In this document: positions 51,906 to 64,000 of the stretch, piece after piece
Layout: each line of letters opens with the position of its first letter
Position numbering within the stretch: position 1 is the stretch's first letter
NCBI RefSeq assembly: GCF_035084215.1
Contig: NC_090334.1
Span: 55,924,001 to 55,988,000, forward strand
DNA from: Heptranchias perlo
Taxonomy: Eukaryota
Reading direction: 5' to 3'
DNA length: 64,000 bases
The notes under the pieces: model-generated
What the model was told of the DNA's origin: nothing
Databases searched by the model: none
Seen by the model: only the letters and a program-made list of their open reading frames with translations
Program-made: the position numbers and the translations under genes

Positions 51906-53104
51906 AAGGTTAATAGCAATGTTTCTTTTATTATGAGTCAAAATTCAGTGGAAACATATGTAGCGCAAACACTGCAAAGCAATAAGTCATCAGCTGAGTT
52001 CCTGAATAATACCATGGAGCACAAAAACAATTGTGTCTCTATCGTGTTGAAAATATGCAGTGAAATAAGGTAGATTTCTGATCAACAGATTCGCAAAACT
52101 TCTCAAATGACCATGGCCTTGAAATTACATTCTGTGAGATGTTTAACTCGTTTGTATGAAATTACTTTGTCCACTATTTTAAATTGATTAATGCCTCTGT
52201 TAAAATAACAGAGTAAGGAATTTAAAATGAATGCATTAAATATTTGAATGTTAATCTTCATTTGACATAATTTGATGACTGGTGTGAATACATTATTGAA
52301 ACATCTTATTGAAATAGGGCAGACTTCATCGTTAAAATAAAAATTACATGCATTATGACTGGACAAATATGTTCTTCTAGGGATGCTGGCTTCATGAAAT
52401 CATCCTAATCACTTTCTGATATGCGAAAACAAACTAGATGATGCAGTGATGCATTTCAATATGATTCACATCATTATGTTAAGTGCCTGTGAGTAAAAAG
52501 AATAATGTGTACAATATTATTTTTCAGGAAGACAGCCAAAGATGGTGTCCTTTAATATTCCTTCAATATCTTAGACCACACGATTGGACATAGCAGCAAA
52601 TATGCAAAGGTTATGAGTCTGTGCAGAACTTTGGGAGTTGAAAGGTATGCACAACTTGTTGCTCTTATTGCATAACACAAGAATATGTTTTGATGTACAA
52701 ATTACAACTTATTATTTTATTATACATGAATTACATAAAATACATGAGTAGATTCCTTTTTGTATGACTTAAAAGCACTGAGTAGAGAGTGTAGCATTGG
52801 TTGCCTGTTTGCAACACTCTCATAAATACTTCCAAACCGACCTTGCTTGATGCAGCATAATAGGGTGAAAGTTGAGTGAACTTTTCATATTTATTTACAG
52901 ATTGGGAAGTCTAACTTTTACAGTTGCATAGCTTAAAAAAATCATTTTCTAACATTTTTGTGTGAGATCACTTTACTCCACAGTTATATTATTCATCCTA
53001 AAGATGCACCTTAGGCTGCCATTCTGCATAACATGCAGACTTATTTATAAATGACAACAACAATAACAGCAACTTGTTGTTGTTTTTTATGATAACATCC
53101 ATGA

Positions 53105-53366
53105 TTAGAAAATCTCAATGCAATCAGGCAGAGTCAACACGGCTTTGTGAAAGGAAAATCGTGTTTGACTAATTTATTAGAGTGCTTGTTACTTCCTCAA
53201 AGAAATGTAGATAAAGGCGATCCTGTGGATGTGGTGTACTTGGATTTCCAGAAGGCTTTTGACAAGGTGCCACATCAAAGGCTACTACACAAAATAAGAG
53301 CTCATAGTGTCGGGGGTAACATATTAGCATGGATAAAGGAATGGTTAACTAACAGGAAACAGAGAG
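53105..53366 (+). mobile_element. Older CR1, left part (continues at 58933-59998)
   Basis: [30 protein letters not shown]; continues as VGING after the insertion. Confidence 0.92.
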
Positions 53367-53394
53367 GGGTGATGGCTCACCAGGGGAAGGTGGC

Positions 53395-54718
53395 AGCGGC
53401 GGCGGACCTGGGCGGAACCAGAGGCGAGAGACCAGAGAGCGGGGATATAAAGAGCAGCGACCCGAGGCCCGAGACCTGAGCGGCGGCGGACCTGGGCGGA
53501 ACCAGAGGCGAGAGACCGGAGAGCGGGGATATAAAGAGCAGCGACCCGAGGCCCGAGACCTGAGCGGCGGCGGACCTGGGCGGAACCAGAGGCGAGAGAC
53601 CGGAGAGCGGGGATATAAAGAGCAGCGACCCAAGGCCCGAGACCTGAGCGGCGGCGGACCTGGGCAGAACCAGAGGCGAGAGACCGGAGAGCGGGAATAT
53701 AAAGAGCAGCGACCTGAGGCCCGAGACCTGAGCGGCGGCGGAACCAGAGGCGAGAGACCGGAGAGCGGGGATATAAAGAGCAGCGACCCAAGGCCCGAGA
53801 CCTGAGCGGCGGCGGACCTGGGCGGAACCAGAGGCGAGAGACCGGAGAGCGGGGATATAAAGAGCAGCGACCCAAGGCCCGAGACCTGAGCGGCGGCGGA
53901 CCTGGGCGGAACCAGAGGCGAGAGACCGGAGAGCGGGGATATAAAGAGCAGCGACCCAAGGCCCGAGACCTGAGCGGCGGCAGACCTGGGCGGAACCAGA
54001 GGCGAGAGACCGGAGAGCGGGAATATAAAGAGCAGCGACCCAAGGCCCGAGACCTGAGCGGCGGCAGACCTGGGCGGCACCAGAGGCGAGAGACCGGAGA
54101 GCGGGGATATAAAGAGCAGCGACCCGAGGCCCGAGACCTGAGCGGCGGCGGACCTGGGCGGAACCAGAGGCGAGAGACCGGAGAGCGGGGATATAAAGAG
54201 CAGCGACCCGAGGCCCGAGACCTGAACGGCGGCGGACCTGGGCGGAACCAGAGGCGAGAGACCGGAGAGCGGGGATATAAAGAGCAGCGACCCAAGGCCC
54301 GAGACCTGAGCGGCGGCGGACCTGGGCGGAACCAGAGGCGAGAGACCGGAGAGCGGGGATATAAAGAGCAGCGACCCGAGGCCCGAGACCTGAGCGGCGG
54401 CGGACCTGGGCGGAACCAGAGGCGAGAGACCGGAGAGCGGGGATATAAAGAGCAGTGACCCGAGGCCCGAGACCTGAGCGGCGGCGGACCTGGGCAGAAC
54501 CAGAGGCGAGAGACCGGAGAGCGGGAATATAAAGAGCAGCGACCTGAGGCCCGAGACCTGAGCGGCGGCGGACCTGGGCGGAACCAGAGGCGAGAGACCG
54601 GAGAGCGGGGATATAAAGAGCAGCGACCCAAGGCCCGAGACCTGAGCGGTGGCGGACCTGGGCGGAACCAGAGGCGAGAGACCGGAGAGCGGGGATATAA
54701 AGAGCAGCGACCCGAGGC
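53395..54718 (+). repeat. 16 x 84-bp GC-rich monomers forming the CR1 5' UTR
   Basis: Units start at 53395, 53479, 53563, 53647, 53731 (10-bp deletion), 53805 ... 54645; each has TATAAAG and most have GGGCGG. Confidence 0.95.
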
Positions 54719-54744
54719 TTGCTCTGAGACCAGCGGCAGAGTTC

Positions 54745-54820
54745 GGGGTGACGTCACCAGTCAGAAAGTGACGCGTCACAGGGGAGGCAGCTGATTGGTG
54801 AGTAGGTTCAGGTGAGTATT
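54745..54820 (+). promoter_or_regulatory. Putative CR1 internal regulatory block (CRE, inverted CCAAT, two splice donors)
   Basis: TGACGTCA at 54749-54756, ATTGG at 54794-54798, GTGAGT at 54798 and 54812. Motif matches only. Confidence 0.4.
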
Positions 54821-54977
54821 TCTACCATTTTACTGTAAGTAAAGTAATAAGAAAGGGAAGGTCTGCAGGTTTTATAGCAGGTAGTGTTTTGTTTTTTAGT
54901 GTACCTAGGTCCCTAGTATAGTGAACATTTTCTAATTTCAACGTAATTTAAAAGGGGTAACTAAGCTAAGGCAAGTC

Positions 54978-55928
54978 ATGGCAGCAGACCTCGCACCCGT
55001 GATATGCCCCTCCTGCAAGATGTGGGAAGTCATGGACACTACCAGTGTCCCTGCCGACCATGTGTGCAGGAAGTGTGTCCACCTGCAGCTACTGACCGAT
55101 CGTATCTCGGAGCTGGAGCTGCGGGTGGACTCACTGTGGAGCATCCGCGATGCAGAGAAACTCGTGGATAGCACGTTTAGCGAGTTGGTCACATCGCAGG
55201 TAAAGGGAGTACAGGCAGAAAGTGAATGGGTGACCACCAGGTAGAGTAAGAGGTGCAGGCAGGTAGTGCAGGGGTCCCCTGTGGCCATCCCCCTCTCAAA
55301 CAGGTATACCGTTTTGGATACTGTTGGGGGTGATGGCTCACCAGGGGAAGGTGGCAGCGGCCAGGTTCATGGCACCGTGGCTGGCTCTGCTGCACAGGAG
55401 GGCAGGAAAAACAGTGGCAGAGCTATAGTGATAGGGGACTCGATTGTAAGGGGAATAGACAGGCGTTTCTGCGGACTCAACCGAGACTCCAGGATGGTAT
55501 GTTGCCTCCCTGGTGCAAGGGTCAGGGATGTCTCGGAGTGGCTGCAGGACATTCTGGAGGGGGAGGGTGAACAGCCAGTTGTCGTGGTGCATATAGGTAC
55601 CAACGATATAGGTAAAAAACGGGATGAGGTCCTACAAGCTGAATTTAGGGAGTTAGGAGTTAAACTAAAAAGTAGGACCTCAAAGGTAGTAATATCAGGA
55701 TTGCTACCAGTGCCACAGGCTAGTCAGAGTAGGAATGACAGGATAGCTAGGATGAATACGTGGCTTGAGAGATGGTGCAAGAGGGAGGGATTCAAATTCC
55801 TGGGACATTGGAACCTGTTCTGTGGGAGGTGGGACCAGTACAAATTGGACGGTCTGCATCTGGGCAGGACTGGAACCAATGTCCTAGGGGGAGTGTTTGC
55901 TAGTGCTGTTGGGGAGGGTTTAAACTAA
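54978..55928 (+). pseudogene. CR1 ORF1 (zinc finger/leucine zipper plus SGNH esterase), one in-frame stop
   Basis: CPSC...CRKC, GDS, GTND, DGLH; ORFs 54978 and 55266 share a frame with TAG at 55242-55244. Confidence 0.92.
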
Positions 55929-55963
55929 AGTGGCAGGGGGATGGGAACCAATGCAGGAAGTCA

Positions 55964-58848
55964 GTGGGAAGTAAAGTGGTGACAGAAACAAAAGGCAGTA
56001 AGGGAGAGTGTACAAAACATGACCGGACAGATGGTCTGAGAAAGCAGGGCAAAGACCAAGGGAAGTCTAGATTAAACTGCATTTATTTCAATGCAAGAAG
56101 TCTGATGGGCAAGGCAGATGAACTCAGGGCATGGATGGGCACATGGGACTGGGATGTTATAGCTATTACTGAAACATGGCTTAGGGAGGGGCAGGACTGG
56201 CAGCTCAATGTTCGAGGGTACAGATGCTATAGGAAAGATAGAGCAGGAGGTAAGAGAGGAGGGGGAGTTGCGTTCTTGATTAGGGAGAACATCACGGCAG
56301 TAGTGAGAGAGGATATATCCGAGGGTTCGCCCACGGAGTCTATATGGGTAGAACTGAAAAATAAGAAGGGAGAGATCACGTTGATAGGATTGTACTACAG
56401 ACCCCCAAATAGTCAACGGGAAATTGAGGAGCAAATATGTAAGGAGATTACAGACAGCTGCAAGAAAAATAGGGTGGTAATAGTAGGGGACTTTAACTTT
56501 CCCAACATTGACTGGGACAGCCATAGCATTAGGGGCTTGGATGGGGAGAAATTTGTTGAGTGTATTCAGGAGGAATTTATCTTTCAGTATGTGGATGGCC
56601 CGACTAGAGAGGGGGCAAAACTTGACCTCCTCTTGGGAAATAAGGAAGGGCAGGTGACAGAAGTGTTAGTGAGGGATCACTTTGGGACCAGTGATCATAA
56701 TTCCATTAGTTTTAGGATAGCTATGGAGAATGATAGGTCTGGCCCAGAAGTTAAAATTCTAAATTGGGGAAAGGCCAATTTTGATGGTATTAGACAGGAA
56801 CTTTCAGAAGTTGATTGGGAGAGTCTGTTGGCAGGCAAAGGGACGTCTGGTAAGTGGGAGGCTTTCAAAAGTGTGTTAACCAGGGTTCAGGGTAAGCACA
56901 TTCCTTATAAAGTGAAGGGCAAGGCTAGTAGAAGTAGGGAACCTTGGATGACTCGGGTGAATGAGGCCCTAGTCAGAAAGAAGAAGGAGGCATATGACAT
57001 GCATAGGCAGCTGGGATCATAGAGATTGCCGGAGTAGAGTTAAGAGAGAAATCAGGAGGGCAAAAAGGGGATATGAGATTGCTTTGGCAGATAAGGCAAA
57101 GGTGAATCCAAAGAGCTTCTACAAATACATAAAGGGCAAAAGAGTAACTAGGGAGAGAGTAGGGCCACTTAAGGATCAACAAGGTCATCTATGTGCGGAA
57201 CCACTAGAGATGGGTGAGATCATAAATGACTATTTCGCATCGGTATTTACGATTGAGAAAGGCATGGATGTTAGGGAACTTGGGGAAATAAATAGTGATG
57301 TCTTGAGGAGTGTACATATTACAGAGAGGGAGGTGCTGGAAGTCTTAACGCGCATCAAGGTAGATAAATCTCCGGGACCTGATGAAATGTATCCCAGGAC
57401 GTTATGGGAGGTTAGGGAGGAAATTGCGGGTCCCCTAGCAGAGATATTTGAATCATCCACCGCTACAGGTGAGGTGCCTGAAGATTGGAGGGTAGCAAAT
57501 GTTGTGCCTTTGTTTAAGAAGGGCGGCAGGGAAAATCCTGGGAACTACAGACCGGTGAGCCTGACATCTGTAGTGGGTAAGTTGTTAGAGGGTATTCTGA
57601 GAGACAGGATCTACGGGCATTTGGAGAGGCAGGGACTGATTAGGAACAGTCAGCATGGTTTTGTGAGAGGAAAATCATGTCTCACGAATTTGATTGAGTT
57701 TTTTGAAGGGGTAACCAAGAAGATAGATGAGGGCTGTGCAGTAGACGTGGTCTACATGGACTTTAGCAAAGCCTTTGACAAGGTACCGCATGGTAGGTTG
57801 TTACATAAGGTTAAATCTCACGGGATCCAAGCTGAGGTAGCCAATTGGATAAAAAATTGGATTGACGGCAGAAGACAGAGGGTGGTTGTAGAGGGTTGTT
57901 TTTCAAACTGGAGGCCTGTGACCAGCGGTGTGCCTCAGGGATCGGTGCTGGGTCCGCTGTGATTTGTTATTTATATTAATGATTTGGATGAGAATTTAGG
58001 AGGCATGGTTAGTAAGTTTGCAGATGACACCAAGATTGGTGGCATTGTGGACAGTGAAGAAGGTTATCTAGGATTGCAACGGGATCTTGATAAATTGGGC
58101 CAGTGGGCCGATGAATGGCAGATGGAGTTTAATTTAGATAAATGTGAGGTGATGCATTTTGGTAGATCAAATCGGGCCAGGACCTACTCCGTTAATGGTA
58201 GGGCGTTGGGGAGAGTTATAGAACAAAGAGATCTAGGAGTACAGGTTCATAGCTCCTTGAAAATGGAGTCACAGGTGGATAGGGTGGTGAAGAAGGCATT
58301 CAGCATGCTTGGTTTCATTGGTCAGAACATTGAATACAGGAGTTGGGATGTCTTGTTGAAGTTGTACAAGACATTAGTTAGGCCACACTTGTGTACGGTT
58401 CTGGTCACCCTATGATAGAAAGGATATTATTAAACTAGAAAGAGTGCAGAAAAGATTTACTTGGATGCTACCGGGACTTGATGGTTTGACTTATAGGGCG
58501 AGGTTGGATAGACTGAGACTTTTTTCCCTGGAGAGTAGGAGGTTTAGGGGTGATCTTATAGAAGTCTATAAAATAATGAGGGGCATAGATAAGGTAGATA
58601 GTCAAAATCTTTTCCCAAAGGTAGGGGAGTCTATAACGCGGGGGCATAGATTTAAGGTGAGAGGGGAGAGATACAAAAGGGTCCAGAGGGGCAATTTTTT
58701 CACTCAAAGGGTGGTGAGTGTCTGGAACGAGCTGCCAGAGGCAGTAGTGGAGGCGGGTACAATTTTGTCTTTTAAAAAGCATTTGGACAGTTACATGGGT
58801 AAGATGGGTATAGAGGGATATGGGCCAAGTGCAGGCAATTGGGACTAG
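55964..58848 (+). pseudogene. CR1 ORF2 (APE endonuclease plus reverse transcriptase), two frameshifts and one stop
   Basis: ITETWL, GDFN, SDH; [19 protein letters not shown]; lesions at ~57020, 57960-57962 and ~58390. Confidence 0.95.
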
Positions 58849-58932
58849 CTTAGTGGTATAAACTGGGCGACATGGACATGTTGGGCCGAATGGCCTGTTT
58901 CCATGTTGTAACTTCTATGATTCTATGATTCT

Positions 58933-59998
58933 AGAGAGTAGGCATAAATGGGTCATTTTCAGGTTGGCAAGATGTAACGAGTGGAGTGCCACAGGGATCA
59001 GTGCTTGGGCCTCAACTATTTACAATCTATATCAATGACTTGGATGAAGGAACCGAATGTATGGTTGCTAAATTTGCTGATGACACAAAGGTAGGTAGAA
59101 AAGTAAGTTGTGAAGAGGACATAAGGAGTCTGCAAAGGGATACAGATAGGTTAAGTGAGTGGGCAAAAATTTGGCAGATGGAGTATAATGTGGGAAAATG
59201 TGAACTTGTCTACTTTGGCAGGAGGAATAGAAAAGCAGTATATTATTTCAATGGCGAGAGATTGCAGAACTCTGAGGTACAGAGGGATCTGGGTGTCCTA
59301 GTACATGAATCAAAAAGTTAGTATTAATGTACAGCAAGTGATTAGGAAGGCAAATGGAATGTTGTCATTTATTGCAAGGGGAATGGAATATAAAAGTAGA
59401 GATGTTTTGCTACAGTTGTGCAGGGCATTGGTGAGACCACATCTAGAATACTGTGTGCAGTTTTGGTCTCCTTATTTAAGAAAGGACAAATTTGCTTTGG
59501 AGGCAGTACAGAGAAGGTTCACTGATTCCTGGGATGAGGGGGTTATCTTATGAGGAAAGGTTGGACAAGTTGGGCCTGTATACATTGGAGTTTAGAAGAA
59601 TGAGAGGTGATCTCATTGAAACATATAAGATCCTGAGGGGACTAGAAGGGGTAGATGCTGAGGGGATGTTTCCCCTTGTGGGAAAGACTAGAACTAGGGG
59701 CCACAGTTTAAAAATAAGGAGTCTCCCATTTAAGACGGAGATGAGGAGAAATTTTTTCTCGGAGGGTCGTGAGTCTGTGGCACTCCCTTCCCCAGAGAGC
59801 GGTGGAGGCAGGGTCATTGAATATTTTGAAGGCTGAGTTAGATAGATTCCTGATTAACAAGGGAGTCAAAGGTTATAGTAGGTGGATGAGAAAGTAGGGT
59901 TGAGGTCACAATCAGATCAGCCATGATCTTATCAAATGGCAGAGCAGGCTCGAGGGGTCAAATGGCCTACTCCTGCTCTTAATTTGTATGTTCGTATG
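58933..59998 (+). mobile_element. Older CR1, right part with 3' UTR
   Basis: [28 protein letters not shown], tail. Confidence 0.92.
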
Positions 59999-61184
59999 CA
60001 GATAAACTAAGACAAAATAAAAAGAATTAGCATCTGAAAGTAACAGCAAATTATTTTTGGTTTGATATCTTTAGAAATAATAAATATAAAATAATGAACC
60101 ATTCAAATATATCTTTGAATCTGTTTTGTATATTACTCAAGGTTTGATGGTGACTCACCATTAAAATATTTCTTAATATACTATGATATTGTGGATTGTT
60201 AGTCAGATGTCAAATTTATTAGAAATAAATTCTGCAATGTGTCCCAAAGTCTGCAGGATACAGAATGCAAAAGAACTGTTGATCTTATATACAAAGCTGC
60301 AATGTAGTTAATTATTTATCTATAGGAAAATGCATAATTTGATTTACAGTTTAAGTGTCACAGCTGAGGAGGAGAACTGTTACCTGCCCTGAGCGAAAGG
60401 CTGAAAGCTAAAAGCTAAAGGCTATCAAATGGAAGATATATTGTAGAAGGTTTCTGTTTGCTGGAATGATCTTATTCCCTTTGTTTTCCATTTGAAGGCA
60501 CTAAAGCAGTCATGATATGTTTGAAAATCTTTGGATAAGAGCCAAATATAGATTTGTGCTGCACTGGCAAATATTGAAAAAGATGGTCTTTAATAATGAA
60601 TTTGCTGTACACTGTCATTTTTTTTCTTATTTTGCTGTACTCCCCTGAGAATGAATAACTTCAAAGCAAAGAATGCTGTCTGTTTCTTTGTAATATACTT
60701 GATGTTGTCAGAAAGAGCTTTGGCTTTGCTTTCAAAAGAAAGATTCAATCGGCAACATGCTGTAGACATGTGGCAAATCCAAAGAACAAGTAGTGATGTT
60801 GTATGAATACTGTATACCATTAATGCACTTCACATACAAACAAAATGTTATCGAGAAAATGTTACTGCGTTGAAGAAATAGTTGACAGACTCAGGCACCA
60901 ATGGTGTTTTTTTGGGGGCAGTACATTTTTTATTTTGGTTATGATTCAGAGATATATAGACAAGAAGGGGAAAGGTTATGGATGAGAGTCAGAGATAAAC
61001 GGACTTATTCTCCCGATGTCATGCTGGTTATTATGGCCTTTCACATTATGATGCAAGACCTGTCCTAAACTTTGTTGACCGTGATGCTTGGGTCACCACT
61101 CGGAAAGATGGTCTTTTGCTTTTTGGTATGTATGCCACTGCAGCTGGTATAGAGTGGGATTTTTCAAACTCTTATGCCAGATAG

Positions 61185-61430
61185 GAGCTCCCTAATGGCT
61201 TAGCTTATTAAGACCACGGAATAGCTGAGCCATTCAGACTGGAAAAGTACCAGATTCAATACTTGGACTATGTTTAGTTATCTGATCTCAGTCAGGGTGT
61301 TGGGGGGGGGGGGGTAACAATTGGCTTTCGTACTCTAGATTAGAGAGAGGAAATTCAGACAGCGCTCATGCTCCTGATTCCTAATCCAGAAATCCCGGCT
61401 GGACAATGCATGTATAAACATCAGGCACGT
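61185..61430 (+). mobile_element. Degenerate tRNA-derived SINE head
   Basis: A/B-box-like TGGCTTAGC...AGATTCAATAC, then GAGCCATTCAGAC/TGATCTCAG body recalled from shark SINEs. Confidence 0.45.
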
Positions 61431-61624
61431 GATTTCCCCTATTGGGAAGCCACCAGTGCTTATTGCCCTCTCACAGTGATATGGATATAAGTTTCACTTT
61501 GCAGCTGTCCCATTTCCCTTGATCAGAGCTGCAGCTATTTATTGTCCATAATTAGAACTAAGAGCACAAAAAAGGTACCGCTGAGCCTTATGTGCATCAT
61601 TTGGGCTTAAAATCTTGAAATACA

Positions 61625-62030
61625 GTGCTTGATTGGCATCCTGGCCACTGGACTCAGTATCCACCCCCTTCACCACCACAGCACTGTGGCTGCAGTATGC
61701 ACCAGCTAGAGGATGCACTGCAGAAACTCACCAGACTTACTTCAACAGCACCTCCCAGTCCCGCAACCTCTACCATTAAGAAGGAAAAGAGCAACGATGT
61801 AATGGGAATACCATCAACTCCAAGTTCCCATCCAAGTCGCACACATCTGACTTGGACATATACTGCCATTCTTTCATCATTGCTGCTTCAAAATCCTGAA
61901 ATTCCCTACTTAATGCCATTGAGGAAGCACCATCACCACAAGGATTGCAGCAGTTCTAGGAGAAGGTCCAACACTCCCTTCTGAGGGCAACTAAGGTTGG
62001 GCAATATTTGCATTGCCCAAAACCCAGGAA
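61625..62030 (+). mobile_element. 3' fragment of the 49920-51353 LINE family
   Basis: Aligns to the reverse complement of 49960-50350. Confidence 0.8.
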
Positions 62031-62584
62031 CACATTTTTAAAAAGTTGTTCATGTGGAAATTTATTTCCTAATATATACAAAAGAAACTCATAGCTAATA
62101 TTACAAAACAGTGGTGGTGCCATTTGACAAAGCTTCTCAAGTTTTGATCTTTCATTCTCAGGATGTGCAGCTTTAAATGTGAACACTAACAAGTATTCAG
62201 TCTCTTGTCATGCTCTTTCAAGTTTAAGAAAACAGCTTGTTCAGCTCTCCATCAGTTAGATTGCCAAATTGCACACTGAGGTTCTGAATCTTGTGTGGTC
62301 CTTTCTAGAACAGATTCATCCCAATGGGATGTTTAATGGCAGTTTCTAAATATCACTTGAGGGCAAAGGAATATAAAACAGTTTGACATCTGTGCAGAGG
62401 TTTTTAAGATGCCATCTGAATGTTCATGCTCCACAAGATATTTTGAAAATCCCAGAAGCATTAACTGAGTTCTCTTTAACTCACTATGGTGCTGTTTGGT
62501 GGGGGAGGGGGCTTAAAGAAATGAATTGATAGTGGGAAGAGAATAATTTACAAACATTTGGGAAGAATACAGTTTGCCTCACAG

Positions 62585-62818
62585 TAAGGTAGATTTTCCT
62601 ATTTCTGCAACTGTGCCTATTGGTGCTACACTTAAAGGAAAATTGGGCAGGAAGGACTGCACAGCTGTGAAGGAGCCCAGCCAATTTTCTGTTCACTTAA
62701 AATAATGGATGGAAAATCAGTCAGGCTCTCTTATGCGCATGCGATCATCTGAACCCAAGTTTCCTCTAGTCTTGGTGATCCAACACACCCAGGTGTAGGA
62801 ACAGGTAAATCTGCCCCA
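62585..62818. mobile_element. MITE-like element
   Basis: Imperfect inverted ends GGTAGATTTTCCT and AGGTAAATCTGCC. Confidence 0.4.
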
Positions 62819-64000
62819 GTTTCTTTATATCCTCACCCACCAGCAGCATTACTCTTGAGTGTCAGTAAGCATGCACTGCTAAAATTATCTCCATGTGCCA
62901 GGCAGCTCAGACTCATAAAATTACCCATATATGTCACACAATGCAAATTGTAAAACTACCCCCATACTGTTCATGAAGTTATCACTGCAAGAACATATAA
63001 CTATTGTTAGCAGTTTAACAAGCAAAAACTGAACCTCATGATCCCTATAAGGGTCTGTAACAGATTCAGAGGTGACACCAAATGGTAATCAATGTCTCAT
63101 TTATTAATGGTCAAATCAAACATGTAAATGTATCAAATATTTAGACAACAAAGATTAAAACACTATTACCCCATTTGTTCTCTGGGCAGAGGTTGTAATT
63201 AAGTTGGCAATGTGGTCGTTTCGAGTTTTCTGACAGTGAGTTGGTCTTCTGATAGTCAGGTGATCTTCTGACAGCTGTGTCATCTTCAGGCAGCTAAGTA
63301 TTCTTTTGACAGCAGGGTGGTCTTTGCTGATTCCTCTGCCCTGAGCTCAAAAGACATTGGGTTTTTATGTTCCCCCTGACAGGAAACTCCCACCATATAT
63401 GGAACAACACTCATAAGACCCTTAAAGATTAACAAAGTTGTTTTTCAAAGAATTCAAGATGGTCAGTTTGTTTTAACATCACTCATTTAACCACAAGACC
63501 CTTTTCAGCATAGCACTATCTAGCTATCTATCCATGGTCCTGGTCTTGTTGCTATCTTTGGATTATTGTTCCGGTTTTTTGGATCATTATTCCTTTTTTA
63601 TCATGTAGCTGCCATGTCTAGTAAGGAGGACGACACGGGTCAGTCACTAGTCAAAGGTTAACAGTTTACAATTCAGCAAAATAAGCCGCACACTAAACTA
63701 ATTATTCAGCACAGCCTGCAGAACATGATGGTTAGTAGCTTTGAGAAAAAGATGTCAATTTTTCCCTATTTCCAATATTCTTACAGGTCAGAGCAGATTG
63801 TTAAAGCTTCTTGGCCTGAGTAGAGTTCAGATGGTTGAGATACTTTGTCCTCACATACCTTTGTCCCACATAAAGACAAGGAAGTACTGTTGCCCCTTGT
63901 AACTCAGTTACTGTACCATTTGCAATCTTGTTTAACTCCATGGGTGCTCAAAGGTGGAGAGCTGGTAGATGGAGAAACACATTACATTCAAAAAGTTTTA

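Larger units (their letters stand above)
53367..58932 (+). mobile_element. Full-length CR1 LINE
   Basis: 5' monomer array, ORF1, ORF2 and (TTCTATGA)n tail; TSD AGAGAG at 53361-53366 and 58933-58938. Confidence 0.95.

Noticed and set aside
53345-54779. 470- and 476-aa minus-strand ORFs
   Set aside because: Read-through of the stop-free 84-bp monomer; no domain content.
60420-61185. TNF/C1q-like peptide words (LSNGRYIV, GVFLGAV, QEGERLWMRV, FGMYA)
   Set aside because: Interrupted by stops and frame changes, with spacing too long for a TNF domain; probably chance. A translated HMM search would settle it.
63056-63670. Possible minus-strand solo LTR
   Set aside because: TG/CA ends and AATAAA/TATA-like words are present, but there is no TSD or second copy.

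Overview
Eukaryotic, repeat-dominated DNA with no prokaryotic gene organisation. The repeat families (CR1 and L2 LINEs, a Deu-domain tRNA SINE, two-gene Harbinger transposons and their MITEs, Penelope-type termini, a Gypsy relic) point to a cartilaginous fish, probably a shark; this is an inference. Almost every ORF in the track is a transposon fragment or an artefact of reading through a tandem repeat. Main items: (1) a full-length CR1 (53367-58932, TSD AGAGAG) nested in an older CR1, whose 5' UTR is 16 x 84-bp monomers, each with a GC box and TATAAA, and whose 5' end falls about 33 nt downstream of the monomer TATA register; (2) several LINEs with short copies of their own sequence joined at the 5' junction or internally through microhomology; (3) a TIR-to-TIR Harbinger (9014-12147) with convergent transposase and Myb/SANT genes, plus many relics; (4) a 30-bp minisatellite grown from the exon/intron junction of a Harbinger Myb gene and split by an ~86-bp Penelope-like insertion with a perfect 26-bp palindrome; (5) one probable host exon, the last exon of a Gfo/Idh/MocA (YteT-like) oxidoreductase on the minus strand (15462-15619), with no upstream exon found. 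Family names come from motif recognition and memory, not database searches. Boundaries of old relics are approximate.
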